Source of the DNA: Acidobacteriota bacterium | GTDB lineage: Bacteria; Acidobacteriota; UBA6911 | Length of the DNA stretch: 64,000 bases | Direction of reading: 5' to 3' | Assembly (NCBI GenBank): GCA_963664705.1 | Contig: OY761556.1 | Coordinates: 5,632,001 to 5,696,000 of the forward strand | Shown: positions 31,117 to 41,191 of the stretch, in pieces | How positions within the stretch are numbered: position 1 is the stretch's first letter | How the letters are laid out: each line of letters starts with the position of its first letter | Position numbers and translations under genes: made by a program | The notes under the pieces: model-generated | Seen by the model: the letters and a program-made list of their open reading frames with translations, nothing else | What the model was told of the DNA's origin: nothing | The model's database searches: none

Positions 31117-31129
31117 CTATAGACAATAC
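31117..31129 (-). other. Candidate oriT nic site
   Basis: Minus strand GTATTGTCTATAG matches the R388 TrwC nic core as recalled (GTATTGTCT/ATAG); intergenic, at the end of the mob operon. Confidence 0.4.
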
Positions 31130-31182
31130 ATGCCAACGGATCCAGATCATCTGCGCGGTCGGATAGAAATGCCGCCAACTGA

Positions 31183-31863
31183 ACGGGTCAAAAGGCCATT
31201 GGGAAATCGTGGGATTTCCCGAATCTCCTGACTGCGGTAGAAAAGAGCGATGCTGTGCCAGTCTTACTCAATTTGGCTGTGAGCTTTCGCTTGGAACATG
31301 ACTCTTTTCGTTCTGCCGTGATTTACTCTTTCTGTTGGCCTTGTTCAATGAGTTGTTCTCACGCGAAAATAGTTTTCCCAGCAAGGTGCTTTCAAATGAT
31401 GAAAAAAGCCATTCGGAGAATCCAACGAGCAGCGCGAGACTCAAAATCATCGGCAGATAAAGAGTCGAAGAACTATCGGCTGTGTTGAAGTTCTTTATAA
31501 CGCCTGCAATGGACTGTGGCTATCCATCGAAGGTGAAACTGAGGCTGAGGATACCTGAAGCCAGAAAGCCGAAGCCAATCATCGATGCGAGCGCTCCTGT
31601 GGCAGCTCTCCCAAAGATATCTAGCATCGTTGTCACATTTTCCCCATAATCCATAATGCGAGGGAACTTCAGAAGCACATTGACACATGCCCCGCAAACT
31701 CCAGCCACTAGGAACCCGGGGATCAGCTGACTTCGATTGAGCAGCATGATGGAGGCCACCAGACTGTATATGGCAATAACCGAAGATACAGAGTTCAATA
31801 TCAAATAGCTGCGGTTGGCCCAATCGACATAACCTTCCCTGGAATCATGCTCTTCCAAAATAC
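31183..31863. repeat. Diverged direct repeat, copy 1 (partner 38252-38933)
   Basis: Colinear alignment by eye over about 680 bp with scattered substitutions. Confidence 0.9.
31268..31863 (-). pseudogene. Multi-TM GFSE(R)-motif membrane protein, copy 1, interrupted by an in-frame stop
   Basis: TAG at 31520-31522 where copy 2 has CAG; the frame resumes into ORF 31268-31450. Confidence 0.75.
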
Positions 31864-32363
31864 TATAAAAAATCAGTAAATTTCGCGGCTTTTCCTCCCT
31901 TGTTAGGTTCTTTCCCCTCTCGCGAATTGCAGTCACAAAGAGTGCAAACAAACGGCGCTAGAAACTACGATGATTTATCCTCACATCGCCAAACGCGCAC
32001 TATTCCTAGACTTGAGCTTTGCTGCCAGGAAACGACTGTTTCCGGTTTAACAATGAGTAGAGCATTTATCCATGCCGGCCAGACATTACGGGGCAAAGAC
32101 CAATGTTCAAATAAAAACGCCAAAGGTTCGGCCCCCGGCCATTGATTTCAAATGGAAATCCTGTCGCTTTCATTAGCCTAAGAAAATCATGGGTTGCACC
32201 ACAACTGTAATCTGTTACGGCGAGTAGCCATCGGACAATTAGGTTTGCTATCGATCACAGGCTGGCTTAAACTGACGCATCGATTCAGCGCTGGCGTTTT
32301 GGAGTACCTGAAAGCCATAGGGCCGACCACTCTATTTGCTTGTCCAAAGCTAGGGGAATATCG

Positions 32364-35300
32364 ATGCCCTCAAATGAAGATTCGGGCTCAAAGCCCAAAG
32401 GCAGCATCCGTATTCTGATCCGTCTTATCGTTATAGGATTGGCATACTATTTTTCAAACAAAATATCCTTTTTGTTTCCAGATGATGCCGGGAGTCTTAT
32501 GGCTATCTGGCCCGCCGGCGGCATCGGCTTGGCTGCTCTATTACTTACTCCAAAACGGGAGTGGCCGGTCATTTCATTGGTCCTTTTCTTTTCGGGAACA
32601 ACAGCCAGCCTATTTGAGGGACGGCCCGTTATTGCAGCCATTGGATATATGGTTGCCAATGTTCTTGAATCACTGATTTGCGCCCACCTGATTCTACATT
32701 GGTGCAAAACTTCAATTACTTTTGCCCGCGTAAAGGAAATCTTAGCTTTGCTTCTGGCTGCAACAGCTGGAAATGCCTGCACCGCTTTTGTCGGCGCAGC
32801 CGTTGCCGCGATAACTTCACACTCGGCCTTCTGGCATTTTTACGGAACGTGGTTTGTAGCAGATGGACTTGGGATTTTGCTGATCGCCCCGCTGATCGTC
32901 TGCTGGCAACCCCAACAACTGCAGTTGCATCGCATTAGCTGGTTCCGACTGGTTGAAGCAACCATTTTGACTGCTTCCGCAGGCTTGTTTGCTAACCTCA
33001 CATTTGGTCCGGTCAATGTCCATTTTGGGATAACCATCACTCCATACATGCTACTTGGAATAGTAGCCTGGGCGGCGCTTCGATTCCGGTTGCGGGGCGC
33101 TTCGATGATCATGGCCATTGTCGCAGCGATTGCTCTCCACTTGACTCTGGTGAAAAGCGGGAACTTCCCGCTGGGCGGTGCCGTTGCGACGCAAAGATTG
33201 CTGATGGTACAAATCTATCTGGGTGTGGTTGGTGCGTCGGGCATGCTACTCGCAGCCAGCCGTTCGGAACAGGAATCAGCCACAAAGCTGCTGAGTGAAA
33301 GCCAGGCACAATATTTCGCTACGTTTCATTCCAGTGCGATGGGCATGATTCTTAACCAGGTCAATGGGCCTATCTTCGAAGTAAATGAGGCGGCCTGCGA
33401 GATCCTGGGATACACACGCGATGAACTTGTCGGGCGCAGCTTCAGAGAACTGGACATTGCAGCGAATCCCGGGGAGCAGGCCGACTTCCCATCCGAACTT
33501 CAGCGGGAAGCCGGCAGGAAGCAATTTGACGCGCAGGTTCGCAGAAAATCAGGCGAAATCCGTGATGTCATGATCGCCTCGGAATGGGCCGAGATGAACG
33601 GCACAACCTGCCTTCTAACCTCCCTGGCTGATGTGAGTGCGCGCAAACGGGCCGAAGAGGCTCTGCGTGCAAGCGAAAATAATCTCAGCGCATTTTTTAA
33701 TACAGTCGATGATTTGGCGGTGGCGGCAACTCTTGATGGACAAATCCTGTTTGCCAATAAGGCTCTAAAAGAAAAACTCGGATACACTCCCGAAGAGCTT
33801 GGAGCAATGCATTTGCTGCAATTGCATCCGGCTGAGCTGAGACAGGAAGCGGAGAGCATTTTTGCGGCAATGTTCCGCGGGGAGCGATCCACATGCCCCC
33901 TGCCTCTTCGAACCAAAAACGGCGATTTGCTGCCGGTAGAGACGCGAGCCTGGTTTGGCGAATGGAATGGGTTGAAGTGCATTTTGGGTCTATGCAAGGA
34001 CTTGACGGTTGAGCAAGAAGCCCATCAGCGATTTGAACGCCTCTTCCAGCATAATCCGGCTCTGATGGCAATGACCAATCTACCAGAAAGACGTTTTTCA
34101 GATGTCAATGAGATATTCCTCAAGACACTTGGTTACAGTCGGGATGAAGTGATCGGGAAAACAGCGGAGGAACTGGGGCTTTTTATAATGCCGTCGCGGC
34201 ATGAAGTTGTTTCAAAGGATTTGAGGGAATCCGGGCATGTCTGCGATGTTGAATTACAGGTGCGCTGCAAGGATGGTCGGATCCTGGATGGCTTATTCTC
34301 TGGCGATCTGATTTCCAGTCAAGGCAAGAGTTATTTCCTGACGGTAATGATCGATATCACTTCGCGCAAGCAGGCAGGACGGGCGTTGCTTGATAGCGAG
34401 GCAAAGCTTGCCAAGATTTTCAACAGTTCCAGTAATGGAATGGTATTTGCCGAATATGAATCCGGAAAGATACTCGATGTCAACAGCACGTGGATTCAGG
34501 AAACAGGAATTGAGCGTGAGGTGGCAATCGGGAAAAATGCAATAGAGTTGGGTATATGCGTAGACTGGATGAATCTGAATTTACGTCTTGCGGAGCTGGA
34601 GCACGAGGGACGTTTTAGGGACCATGAATGTGAACTGCTGGTGAATTCGCGAAAAGTGCCTTATCTGGCGTCCGCCGAAGTCATTGAGCTGCAGAACAAA
34701 CGGTATACGCTGTGGGAGTTTAAAAACATAGCCGAGCGCAAGCAAGTAGAAGAGGCTCTTCTTGCCAGTGAGGCCAGACTTCGTGCGGTGCTGGAAAGCT
34801 CGGTGGATGCTATAGGCGTCCACATCGATGGCATTTGGGAAATGTGTAATCCTGCTGCGGTGAAGCTCTTTGGAGTCGCGTGTTCACAGGATTTGATTGG
34901 ATCCTCAATCCTCAATGTCATTGCTCCGGAGGAGCGAACGCGCATTAGAGCTTATGCAAAGAATCGAGCGCAGGAAAGTGGTGCGCCATCTGCATATATC
35001 ACAAGAGGGCTGCGCGCTGATGGAACAGAATTTGACTTGGATGTGAAAATTACTTCCTTTAACCTGGAAGGCAAAACCTACATCCTTGTCGTTCTGCGCG
35101 ATATCACGGAGGTACTGCAGGCTGAGGAGGCACTGAGAAGAGAGGCAACCTTCCGGCGTTCAATCATCCATCGAGCAACAGAGGGTTTGTGCGTTTGCCA
35201 TCCCGTGCCGGAGTATCCATATCTTCGATTCACCATATGGAACGAGCGCATGAGGCAAATCACGGGGTATTCTCTCGATGAAATTAATCAGCGCGGCTGG

Positions 35301-36191
35301 TATCAGACGCTTTATCCTGATTTAGATGTCCAACATCGGGCTGAGATGCGAATGGAACAAATGCGCAATGGGCAGGATCTGGTTGCTGAGGAGTGGGAGA
35401 TCCGACGGGCAGACGGCCAGATGCGCACAATAAGCATCTCGACGACTGCATTGGAACCCGACGGCAACTCAATACCCGTACTGGCACTGATGTCGGATAT
35501 AACGGAACGTAGGCAGTCGGAAGAAGCGTTAAGAGAACTGCATACATCTGCCGCGCGCGATGCTCAAATCAAGGCGGAGTTAGTTAAGGAGATCAACCAT
35601 CGCGTTAAGAATAATCTGACCTCAATCCTGGGTCTGCTCGTGAGTGAACGTAAAAGAAAACCTGAAGGAGATCAGCCTTTTGTTAATGAAGCTCTGGACC
35701 GATTGTCCAATCGCGTTCGCAGTTTGCTTGATGTTCACCAGATGCTGGCGGAATCCCAATGGGGACCCGTCAGAGTGACTGACCTCGCAGAACACATTAT
35801 TCAGGGAGTAATTGCAGCAGCTCCGGGTTTGAACCCAATTGCCCTGGTAATTGAAAAATCTCCCATGCACGTATCCCCTCGCCAAGCCGGCAACCTGGCA
35901 TTGGTCTTTAACGAGTTGGCGACTAACTCGATCAAACATATGTCTGCTCAGCGACCGTTGACAACCATTCGAATACATGTGGACCAGGATGATGGATTTT
36001 CAAGAATAGTGTATCGCGATGATGGCCCCGGATATCCCGGGAGCGTGCTTTGCAGTGGACAGAAGGCTGTCGGTCTTGGTTTGGTCAAGCAGTTGGTGAC
36101 CGAATCATTGCGAGGCGAGCTCATTCTGACGAATGAGAGCGGGGCGATTGCAAATCTGCGTATCAAAAATGAAGAGGCTGCGCGAACGTAG
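32364..36191 (+). CDS. MASE1 - multi-PAS - HisKA_2 sensor histidine kinase
   Basis: IWPAGG...WFVADGLG MASE1 region, about six PAS repeats, EINHRVKNNL, NELATNSIKH, DDGPG. Confidence 0.92.
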   Translation: MPSNEDSGSKPKGSIRILIRLIVIGLAYYFSNKISFLFPDDAGSLMAIWPAGGIGLAALLLTPKREWPVISLVLFFSGTTASLFEGRPVIAAIGYMVANVLESLICAHLILHWCKTSITFARVKEILALLLAATAGNACTAFVGAAVAAITSHSAFWHFYGTWFVADGLGILLIAPLIVCWQPQQLQLHRISWFRLVEATILTASAGLFANLTFGPVNVHFGITITPYMLLGIVAWAALRFRLRGASMIMAIVAAIALHLTLVKSGNFPLGGAVATQRLLMVQIYLGVVGASGMLLAASRSEQESATKLLSESQAQYFATFHSSAMGMILNQVNGPIFEVNEAACEILGYTRDELVGRSFRELDIAANPGEQADFPSELQREAGRKQFDAQVRRKSGEIRDVMIASEWAEMNGTTCLLTSLADVSARKRAEEALRASENNLSAFFNTVDDLAVAATLDGQILFANKALKEKLGYTPEELGAMHLLQLHPAELRQEAESIFAAMFRGERSTCPLPLRTKNGDLLPVETRAWFGEWNGLKCILGLCKDLTVEQEAHQRFERLFQHNPALMAMTNLPERRFSDVNEIFLKTLGYSRDEVIGKTAEELGLFIMPSRHEVVSKDLRESGHVCDVELQVRCKDGRILDGLFSGDLISSQGKSYFLTVMIDITSRKQAGRALLDSEAKLAKIFNSSSNGMVFAEYESGKILDVNSTWIQETGIEREVAIGKNAIELGICVDWMNLNLRLAELEHEGRFRDHECELLVNSRKVPYLASAEVIELQNKRYTLWEFKNIAERKQVEEALLASEARLRAVLESSVDAIGVHIDGIWEMCNPAAVKLFGVACSQDLIGSSILNVIAPEERTRIRAYAKNRAQESGAPSAYITRGLRADGTEFDLDVKITSFNLEGKTYILVVLRDITEVLQAEEALRREATFRRSIIHRATEGLCVCHPVPEYPYLRFTIWNERMRQITGYSLDEINQRGWYQTLYPDLDVQHRAEMRMEQMRNGQDLVAEEWEIRRADGQMRTISISTTALEPDGNSIPVLALMSDITERRQSEEALRELHTSAARDAQIKAELVKEINHRVKNNLTSILGLLVSERKRKPEGDQPFVNEALDRLSNRVRSLLDVHQMLAESQWGPVRVTDLAEHIIQGVIAAAPGLNPIALVIEKSPMHVSPRQAGNLALVFNELATNSIKHMSAQRPLTTIRIHVDQDDGFSRIVYRDDGPGYPGSVLCSGQKAVGLGLVKQLVTESLRGELILTNESGAIANLRIKNEEAART

Positions 36192-36223
36192 CATTACGCA
36201 GACCGAACGGAGTCAAAAACACT

Positions 36224-38140
36224 ATGAAACCACTCAATGTTTTGATTGTCGACGACGATTCGCTGGTAAGCGATGTTATTCAAAGCGAACTTGAATCGGT
36301 TGGTCATACGGTGATCGGCCGGGCATCGGATGGCAACCAGGCTGTAGAAATGGCAATGTCCCTTAATCCTGATTTGGTTTTGATGGACATAGCTATGCCT
36401 GAAGTTGATGGATTAGAAGCCACGCGAAGAATTCAACAGTATTGCCCGCGACCTGTCGTATTGCTGACGGCGCACGACTGCGTTGATCTCATTGGGAAAG
36501 CTGGTGAACTCGGAGCCTCCTCCTACCTACTGAAGCCGCCTCGAGCATCGGAACTTTCTAGGACAATGGAAATTGCGCGCGCGCGCTTTGAGGATTGGAG
36601 CGCTATGCAGCGTATGAACCAATCTTTGAACGAGGCTAAGCAATTTGCGGAAGGCGTGATCTCATCCATGCAGGATGGTTTTATTGTTATCGACAATGCT
36701 GGAACTCACCGCACGATTAACGATGCCTTTTGCCGAATGACCGGGTTTTCGAAAGATGAGCTGTTTGGAATTGGCATGCCATACCCGTATTGGCCGCAAT
36801 CAAAGAGTGCTCTGATCGAGCAGGAAATGAAGAGGGCAATGAAGGGCGAGGCAGCGGATATGGATTTTACATTCATGCGCAAGGACGGCACTTTATTTCC
36901 TGCAGAAGTGGCGCTTGCCCCTGTGAAGGCCCGGGATGAAAGTCAGCCCAGTTATTGCTTTACGATTAAAGATCTTACCGAGCGAAAGCGATCAGAGGAC
37001 CAGATCCGGCAGGCTTTGAGAATGCAAGGCATCCAGCATCTGGCGGCAGGGATAGCGCATGAATTTAACAACATCCTGGCAGGCCAGATTATGAGCTTGG
37101 AATTGATGCGGCCTTCCGGCGGTGAAGGATCAGAGGAACATGAACTCATACAGTGCATGAAGGATGGCTGCCAGCGAGCCGCGGGTCTAGTAAAGCAGAT
37201 TATGGCATTAAGCGGTCAATCTCTAATGCAACCGCAGCCGCTTAATTTGTTATCCTGCATCTCAAATCACCTGGAGAACCTGAGGGAATTAGTTGGCGAG
37301 CGCATTTCCTTGAAGTTAACCTGCGCCAAAGCCATCTCCGATGTAAAAGCCGATCCGGCATTGATCCACAGGGTATTGGAATGCCTGTGCGAAAACGCGC
37401 AGAATGCGATGAAGAATGGCGGATTGCTGACGCTTGATTTGGTGGAAGTCGAGATTGGATTGGATCAGGCCAAAGGTCAATCTAATGTTCGATCAGGGCA
37501 ATACATCCGCCTTTCTGTAGCTGATACTGGTTGCGGCATGGATTGTCATACCCTGCAAAACATCTTTGACCCGTTTTTTACCACCAGGAATGTGGGCGAG
37601 GGACATGGGTTGGGTCTGCCTGTAGTTCAAGGGATTGTACATCAGCATAACGGATGGGTTGAAGTTGAGAGCAAGATTGGCGTGGGGACAACGTTCCGCG
37701 TTTTTCTTCCGATACTGAAACCATCTCCAAAATCTTCCGCGATCGCCACAATGGACAAACCGGCGAATCGCTCGGGCGCTATCCTTTTAGTGGAAGATGA
37801 GCCAATGTTGAGAGAGTTAACACGAAAATGTCTGGTCAAGCAGGGTTATAGAGTTCTTGAGGCCGCCACGGGTGAAGAAGCCTTGGCTGTTTGGAAGGCC
37901 AACAGTTTGGAAATTGAGCTTATATATACGGACATGATGATGCCGGGAGAACTCACCGGCCTCCAGGTTGTACAATATCTTTTGGCAGAGAATCCGCGTC
38001 TCAAAGCGATAATTACTACAGGCTATGATGCCACACTGATCAAATTGGATAAATCGCTTGAGAGGACGATAGTCTTGCTTCCAAAGCCATGCCCGATTCA
38101 AGTATTGCTTGGGACCATCAATCAATGTTTCAAGGTCTGA
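36224..38140 (+). CDS. REC-PAS-HisKA-HATPase-REC hybrid kinase
   Basis: LIVDD...LMD receiver, IAHEFNNIL, DTGCG, PFFTT, GHGLGL, C-terminal LLVEDE receiver. Confidence 0.92.
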   Translation: MKPLNVLIVDDDSLVSDVIQSELESVGHTVIGRASDGNQAVEMAMSLNPDLVLMDIAMPEVDGLEATRRIQQYCPRPVVLLTAHDCVDLIGKAGELGASSYLLKPPRASELSRTMEIARARFEDWSAMQRMNQSLNEAKQFAEGVISSMQDGFIVIDNAGTHRTINDAFCRMTGFSKDELFGIGMPYPYWPQSKSALIEQEMKRAMKGEAADMDFTFMRKDGTLFPAEVALAPVKARDESQPSYCFTIKDLTERKRSEDQIRQALRMQGIQHLAAGIAHEFNNILAGQIMSLELMRPSGGEGSEEHELIQCMKDGCQRAAGLVKQIMALSGQSLMQPQPLNLLSCISNHLENLRELVGERISLKLTCAKAISDVKADPALIHRVLECLCENAQNAMKNGGLLTLDLVEVEIGLDQAKGQSNVRSGQYIRLSVADTGCGMDCHTLQNIFDPFFTTRNVGEGHGLGLPVVQGIVHQHNGWVEVESKIGVGTTFRVFLPILKPSPKSSAIATMDKPANRSGAILLVEDEPMLRELTRKCLVKQGYRVLEAATGEEALAVWKANSLEIELIYTDMMMPGELTGLQVVQYLLAENPRLKAIITTGYDATLIKLDKSLERTIVLLPKPCPIQVLLGTINQCFKV

Positions 38141-38261
38141 ATGCAGAAGGTTTTCATTTTGCATTGTACCGGTTCGATTTCTGCTTCAAGATATGGGGGT
38201 AAAATATCAAATTACATATTCCCGAGAGTTGGTATTCGCGACGTAATTTGCACGGGTCAGC

Positions 38262-38299
38262 AGACCATTTGAGAAATCGACCGATCTCTCAAATGGTCT
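38262..38299. terminator. 13-bp stem hairpin between convergent genes
   Basis: AGACCATTTGAGA / TCTCAAATGGTCT. Confidence 0.55.
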
Positions 38300-38338
38300 T
38301 GGCTATGGTAGAAAAGAGCGATACTGCTGCAGGCCTGT

Positions 38339-38933
38339 TCAATTTGACTGCGAGCCTTCGCTTGAAATAAGGCACTTTTCGTTCTGTCGTGATTTACCCT
38401 TTCTGTTGACCTTGTCCGATGAGTGGTTCTCGCGCGAAAATAGTTTTCCCAGCAAGGTGCTTTCAAATGAGGAGAAAAGCCGTTCAGAGAAACCGAAAAG
38501 CAGCGCGAGACTCAAAATCACCAGCAGATAAAGAGTCGAAGAACCATCGGGCGTGTTGAAGTTCTTTATAATGGCTCCGATAGACTTCGGCTGCCCATCG
38601 AATGTGAAATTGAAACTGATGGTACCTGAGGCCAGAAAGCCGAAGCCGATCATCGATGCGAGCGCTCCCGTGACAACTCTCCCAAAGATACCAAGCATCG
38701 TTGTCACATTTTCCCCATAATCCATTACGTGTGGGAACTTCAGAAGCACACTGACGCATGCCCCGCAAACTCCGGCTACAAGGAACCCGGGGATCAGGTG
38801 ATTTCGATTAAGCAGCATGACGGAGGCCACCAGACTGCATATGGCGATGGCCGAAGATATAGATTTCAATATTAATAGCTGCGGTTAGCCCAATCGACAT
38901 AACCTTCCCTGGAATCATGCTCTTCCAAAATAC
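38339..38933 (-). pseudogene. Multi-TM GFSER-motif membrane protein, copy 2, frameshifted and 5'-truncated
   Basis: 1-bp deletion near 38872 relative to copy 1 creates TAA; the remainder is open to 38339. Confidence 0.7.
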
Positions 38934-39047
38934 ATTCATAGAGATTCCTGTGCTCCGCAATAAATACATCCTGCCGTTCCCGGAACGGGTAGGCGACGCT
39001 AGTATGTATTAGCGCGCAAAGGAATTATGTGACATCCTACGGGGCCC

Positions 39048-39311
39048 ATGGACCTGCTCACAACGCTGACACACTTTCTTACGGTATCGGTTCTTCTGCT
39101 TGTGGACATCCTCCGTTTTTGGGCTTTGTCCGCCCGATCAGGCGCAAGCTTAAGAGCTGAAAATCTCTTTCTTCGAAAGCAACTGGCACTCTATGAAGAG
39201 CGGAAGATAAAGCCGCGGCGAGCGAATGACAGTACCCGGCTCGTTTTGGTGCTGCTGTCGAGATTGTTTGACAGCAGGGGGTTTAATTTTAGGATAGCGT
39301 TGCTAGATTGA
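39048..39311 (+). pseudogene. N-terminal fragment of an rve (integrase-core) transposase
   Basis: LRAENLFLRKQLAL resembles LALENLALRQQLAI of 50375-51403; end-like CCTGTGCTCCGCAATAAATAC at 38947. Confidence 0.7.
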
Positions 39312-39561
39312 CACGAGTTTTTGGAATAACTCACCGGATTATCGAAAATCCAATTTGCTATGATTAGGAGAAGAGATACCAAGATAGGTGACATCGCATA
39401 ACTAATATGAGATATGGAAGCTCAAAATCCCGAGTGGCACATCCAGGCGAATCTTGGCTCATATTTCCTTCGCAACATATCCCAATAGAATCCAAGAAAC
39501 GATTGGGCGGCTGCCATATCCGTTGTAAAGAGCATATCGTAATTGAAATTTCGATCCTTGT

Positions 39562-39738
39562 TCACCGGTGCCTATATCGAGCCGCCATCTTGCATATCGA
39601 TAGCGCCAGAAGGGTAAGAGAAATGGTTACGAAACATAAAACAGCATCCTTTGGACCGGCAATCCATTCGCAAAAGAGGTAAAGGCATAGCGCGAGAAAC
39701 TGCAGTTGAACGACTCGAATGACTACTTTGAGTAACAT
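39562..39738 (-). CDS. 58-aa two-TM protein, allele A
   Basis: GGAGGT RBS before ATG 39738; homolog at 53051-53227 keeps frame and length. Confidence 0.65.
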   Translation of the reverse strand: MLLKVVIRVVQLQFLALCLYLFCEWIAGPKDAVLCFVTISLTLLALSICKMAARYRHR

Positions 39739-39770
39739 GCGCTTCGTACCTCCATGGTTCGGGCTGCTCA

Positions 39771-39852
39771 ATCTGCTACAAATAGTTTTTTGTAGCAGAT
39801 GTGAAAAGCGATCGCATCCAAGTCAGATGCGGCTTGTAGCGGTGTAGCGGAT
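39771..39852. repeat. Iteron cluster downstream of the integrase, matching the Rep-associated repeat at 5517
   Basis: ATCTGCTACAAA/TTTGTAGCAGAT IR and TTGTAGCGGTGTAGCGGAT (39834-39852). Confidence 0.75.
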
Positions 39853-39888
39853 CTTTCCAGGGGTGCGGAAGGTCCCCCCTATGGCACC

Positions 39889-41103
39889 CTAAGATGCTAC
39901 AGCCTGCTTTCCCGAAATTATTGCGGTTAAGCGTTTGGCCCAAGCCTCCAAGGCCTCTTTCTTCTCCGCATCGTAACTGTGCCGGTCATAGACGGCGGTA
40001 ATATCCCTCTCGACATGATTCAGGATTTTTTTGACTGTAAGGCGTGGAATTCCCATTCCCGTCATCAGACTGGCGGCGGTGCGCCGGAAGTCATGACCAA
40101 CAAATTTGATCTTTGTGGCTCTTTGGATCCGCTCCAGTGCTTTCTGTGGATTGCTTATGTGCGTGTCGCCTTTAGGACTAGGAAAAACAAACCGCGAGTA
40201 CTCGTCCTTTCCTGCAATTGATCTCATTTCTTTAATAATGGATAGCGCTGGCTCACTGAGGGGAACCCGATGAGATAAGCCGTTCTTCGTTTTTGCTCCG
40301 GGGATTGTCCACCACCCGGAGTCAGTGTCAATTTCATCCCATTCTATGCCCATGACCTCAGCTCCTCGCTGAGCGGTCAGGAGTCTCAATTTCATGGTCC
40401 CGGCAGTAATAGCCTTTATCTTTAGATGTGATTCGTTTGTATCTTTCCTGTCGGCTTCTATGGCATCCCAAATGATCTTGATTTCATCTTCTGACAAAAC
40501 TCTGTCCCGCTGGTGCTCTTTTCCGGGTGCAGGTATCAAGTAGACTGGATTACTTTCGACAATGTCGGTGGTGATGGCCCAGTTGAAGATTTTTCGCAGA
40601 AGAGCCCGGATACGATTGGCCATTATTGGCGCAGTTAAGCTTTTACGTTCCAACAAGGCACGAACGTCTTTCCGGGTGATATCCTTGGCATACTGCCTGC
40701 CGAATTCCGGGATGAGGTCCTTTTTAATGACCCGTTCATCCTCCTGCCAGCTTTTCTTTTGGGTTTTGGCATGGCGCTCAATATATTCCAGGGCAACCTG
40801 TCTAAAGGTTAGTGCATGCCGTTCTTCCTGTTTCTCGGTAGCTGGATCCTGTCCGAGTTCTGCATTTCTGAGGGCTTTTGTAGCTTCGTTTCGTGCCTTG
40901 GCTAGACTCAGTAATGGGTAAGTGCCCAGTTTCATACGACGCAGGCGATCGCCGTGGCGATACATAACTCCAAAGCTCTTTTTCCCGTCTTGTGAGACAC
41001 GCAGGAAGAAGCCTGAAAGTGCTTTGTCGAAGTAGTCGACCTGCTTCCCAGGAACACCTTCCAGGAACTTAATTTTGGCGGCTGTGAATTTGATGGAGGG
41101 CAT
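39889..41103 (-). CDS. int: Tyrosine integrase with N-terminal arm-binding domain (P4-like)
   Basis: GFFLRVS...LGTYPLLSLAKAR; catalytic R (TAQR), K (KTKN), HDFRRT, LNH, Y (VYDR). Confidence 0.95.
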   Translation of the reverse strand: MPSIKFTAAKIKFLEGVPGKQVDYFDKALSGFFLRVSQDGKKSFGVMYRHGDRLRRMKLGTYPLLSLAKARNEATKALRNAELGQDPATEKQEERHALTFRQVALEYIERHAKTQKKSWQEDERVIKKDLIPEFGRQYAKDITRKDVRALLERKSLTAPIMANRIRALLRKIFNWAITTDIVESNPVYLIPAPGKEHQRDRVLSEDEIKIIWDAIEADRKDTNESHLKIKAITAGTMKLRLLTAQRGAEVMGIEWDEIDTDSGWWTIPGAKTKNGLSHRVPLSEPALSIIKEMRSIAGKDEYSRFVFPSPKGDTHISNPQKALERIQRATKIKFVGHDFRRTAASLMTGMGIPRLTVKKILNHVERDITAVYDRHSYDAEKKEALEAWAKRLTAIISGKQAVAS

Positions 41104-41125
41104 GGATTATCTCCCTTGATTTTCA

Positions 41126-41191
41126 AAAAGGTAACACAAAGGTAACAAAATATCCATGACTGTAGTGAAACGTAGTGAACCGTAGTGAAAC
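41126..41191. promoter_or_regulatory. Integrase arm-type sites and RDF-type repeats left of att
   Basis: AAAGGTAACA x2 followed by GTAGTGAA x3 at 10-bp period. Confidence 0.7.

Larger units (their letters stand above)
38252..38933. repeat. Diverged direct repeat, copy 2 (partner 31183-31863)
   Basis: Same alignment as copy 1. Confidence 0.9.

Noticed and set aside
31864-31951. N-terminus of ORF 31520-31951
   Set aside because: Lies beyond the homology with copy 2 and overlaps a non-coding motif shared with 41527-41622; likely fortuitous read-through
39562-39646. Diversity-generating retroelement TR/VR pair with 53051-53135
   Set aside because: Differences involve all bases and many are synonymous, not adenine-specific; no reverse transcriptase in the window
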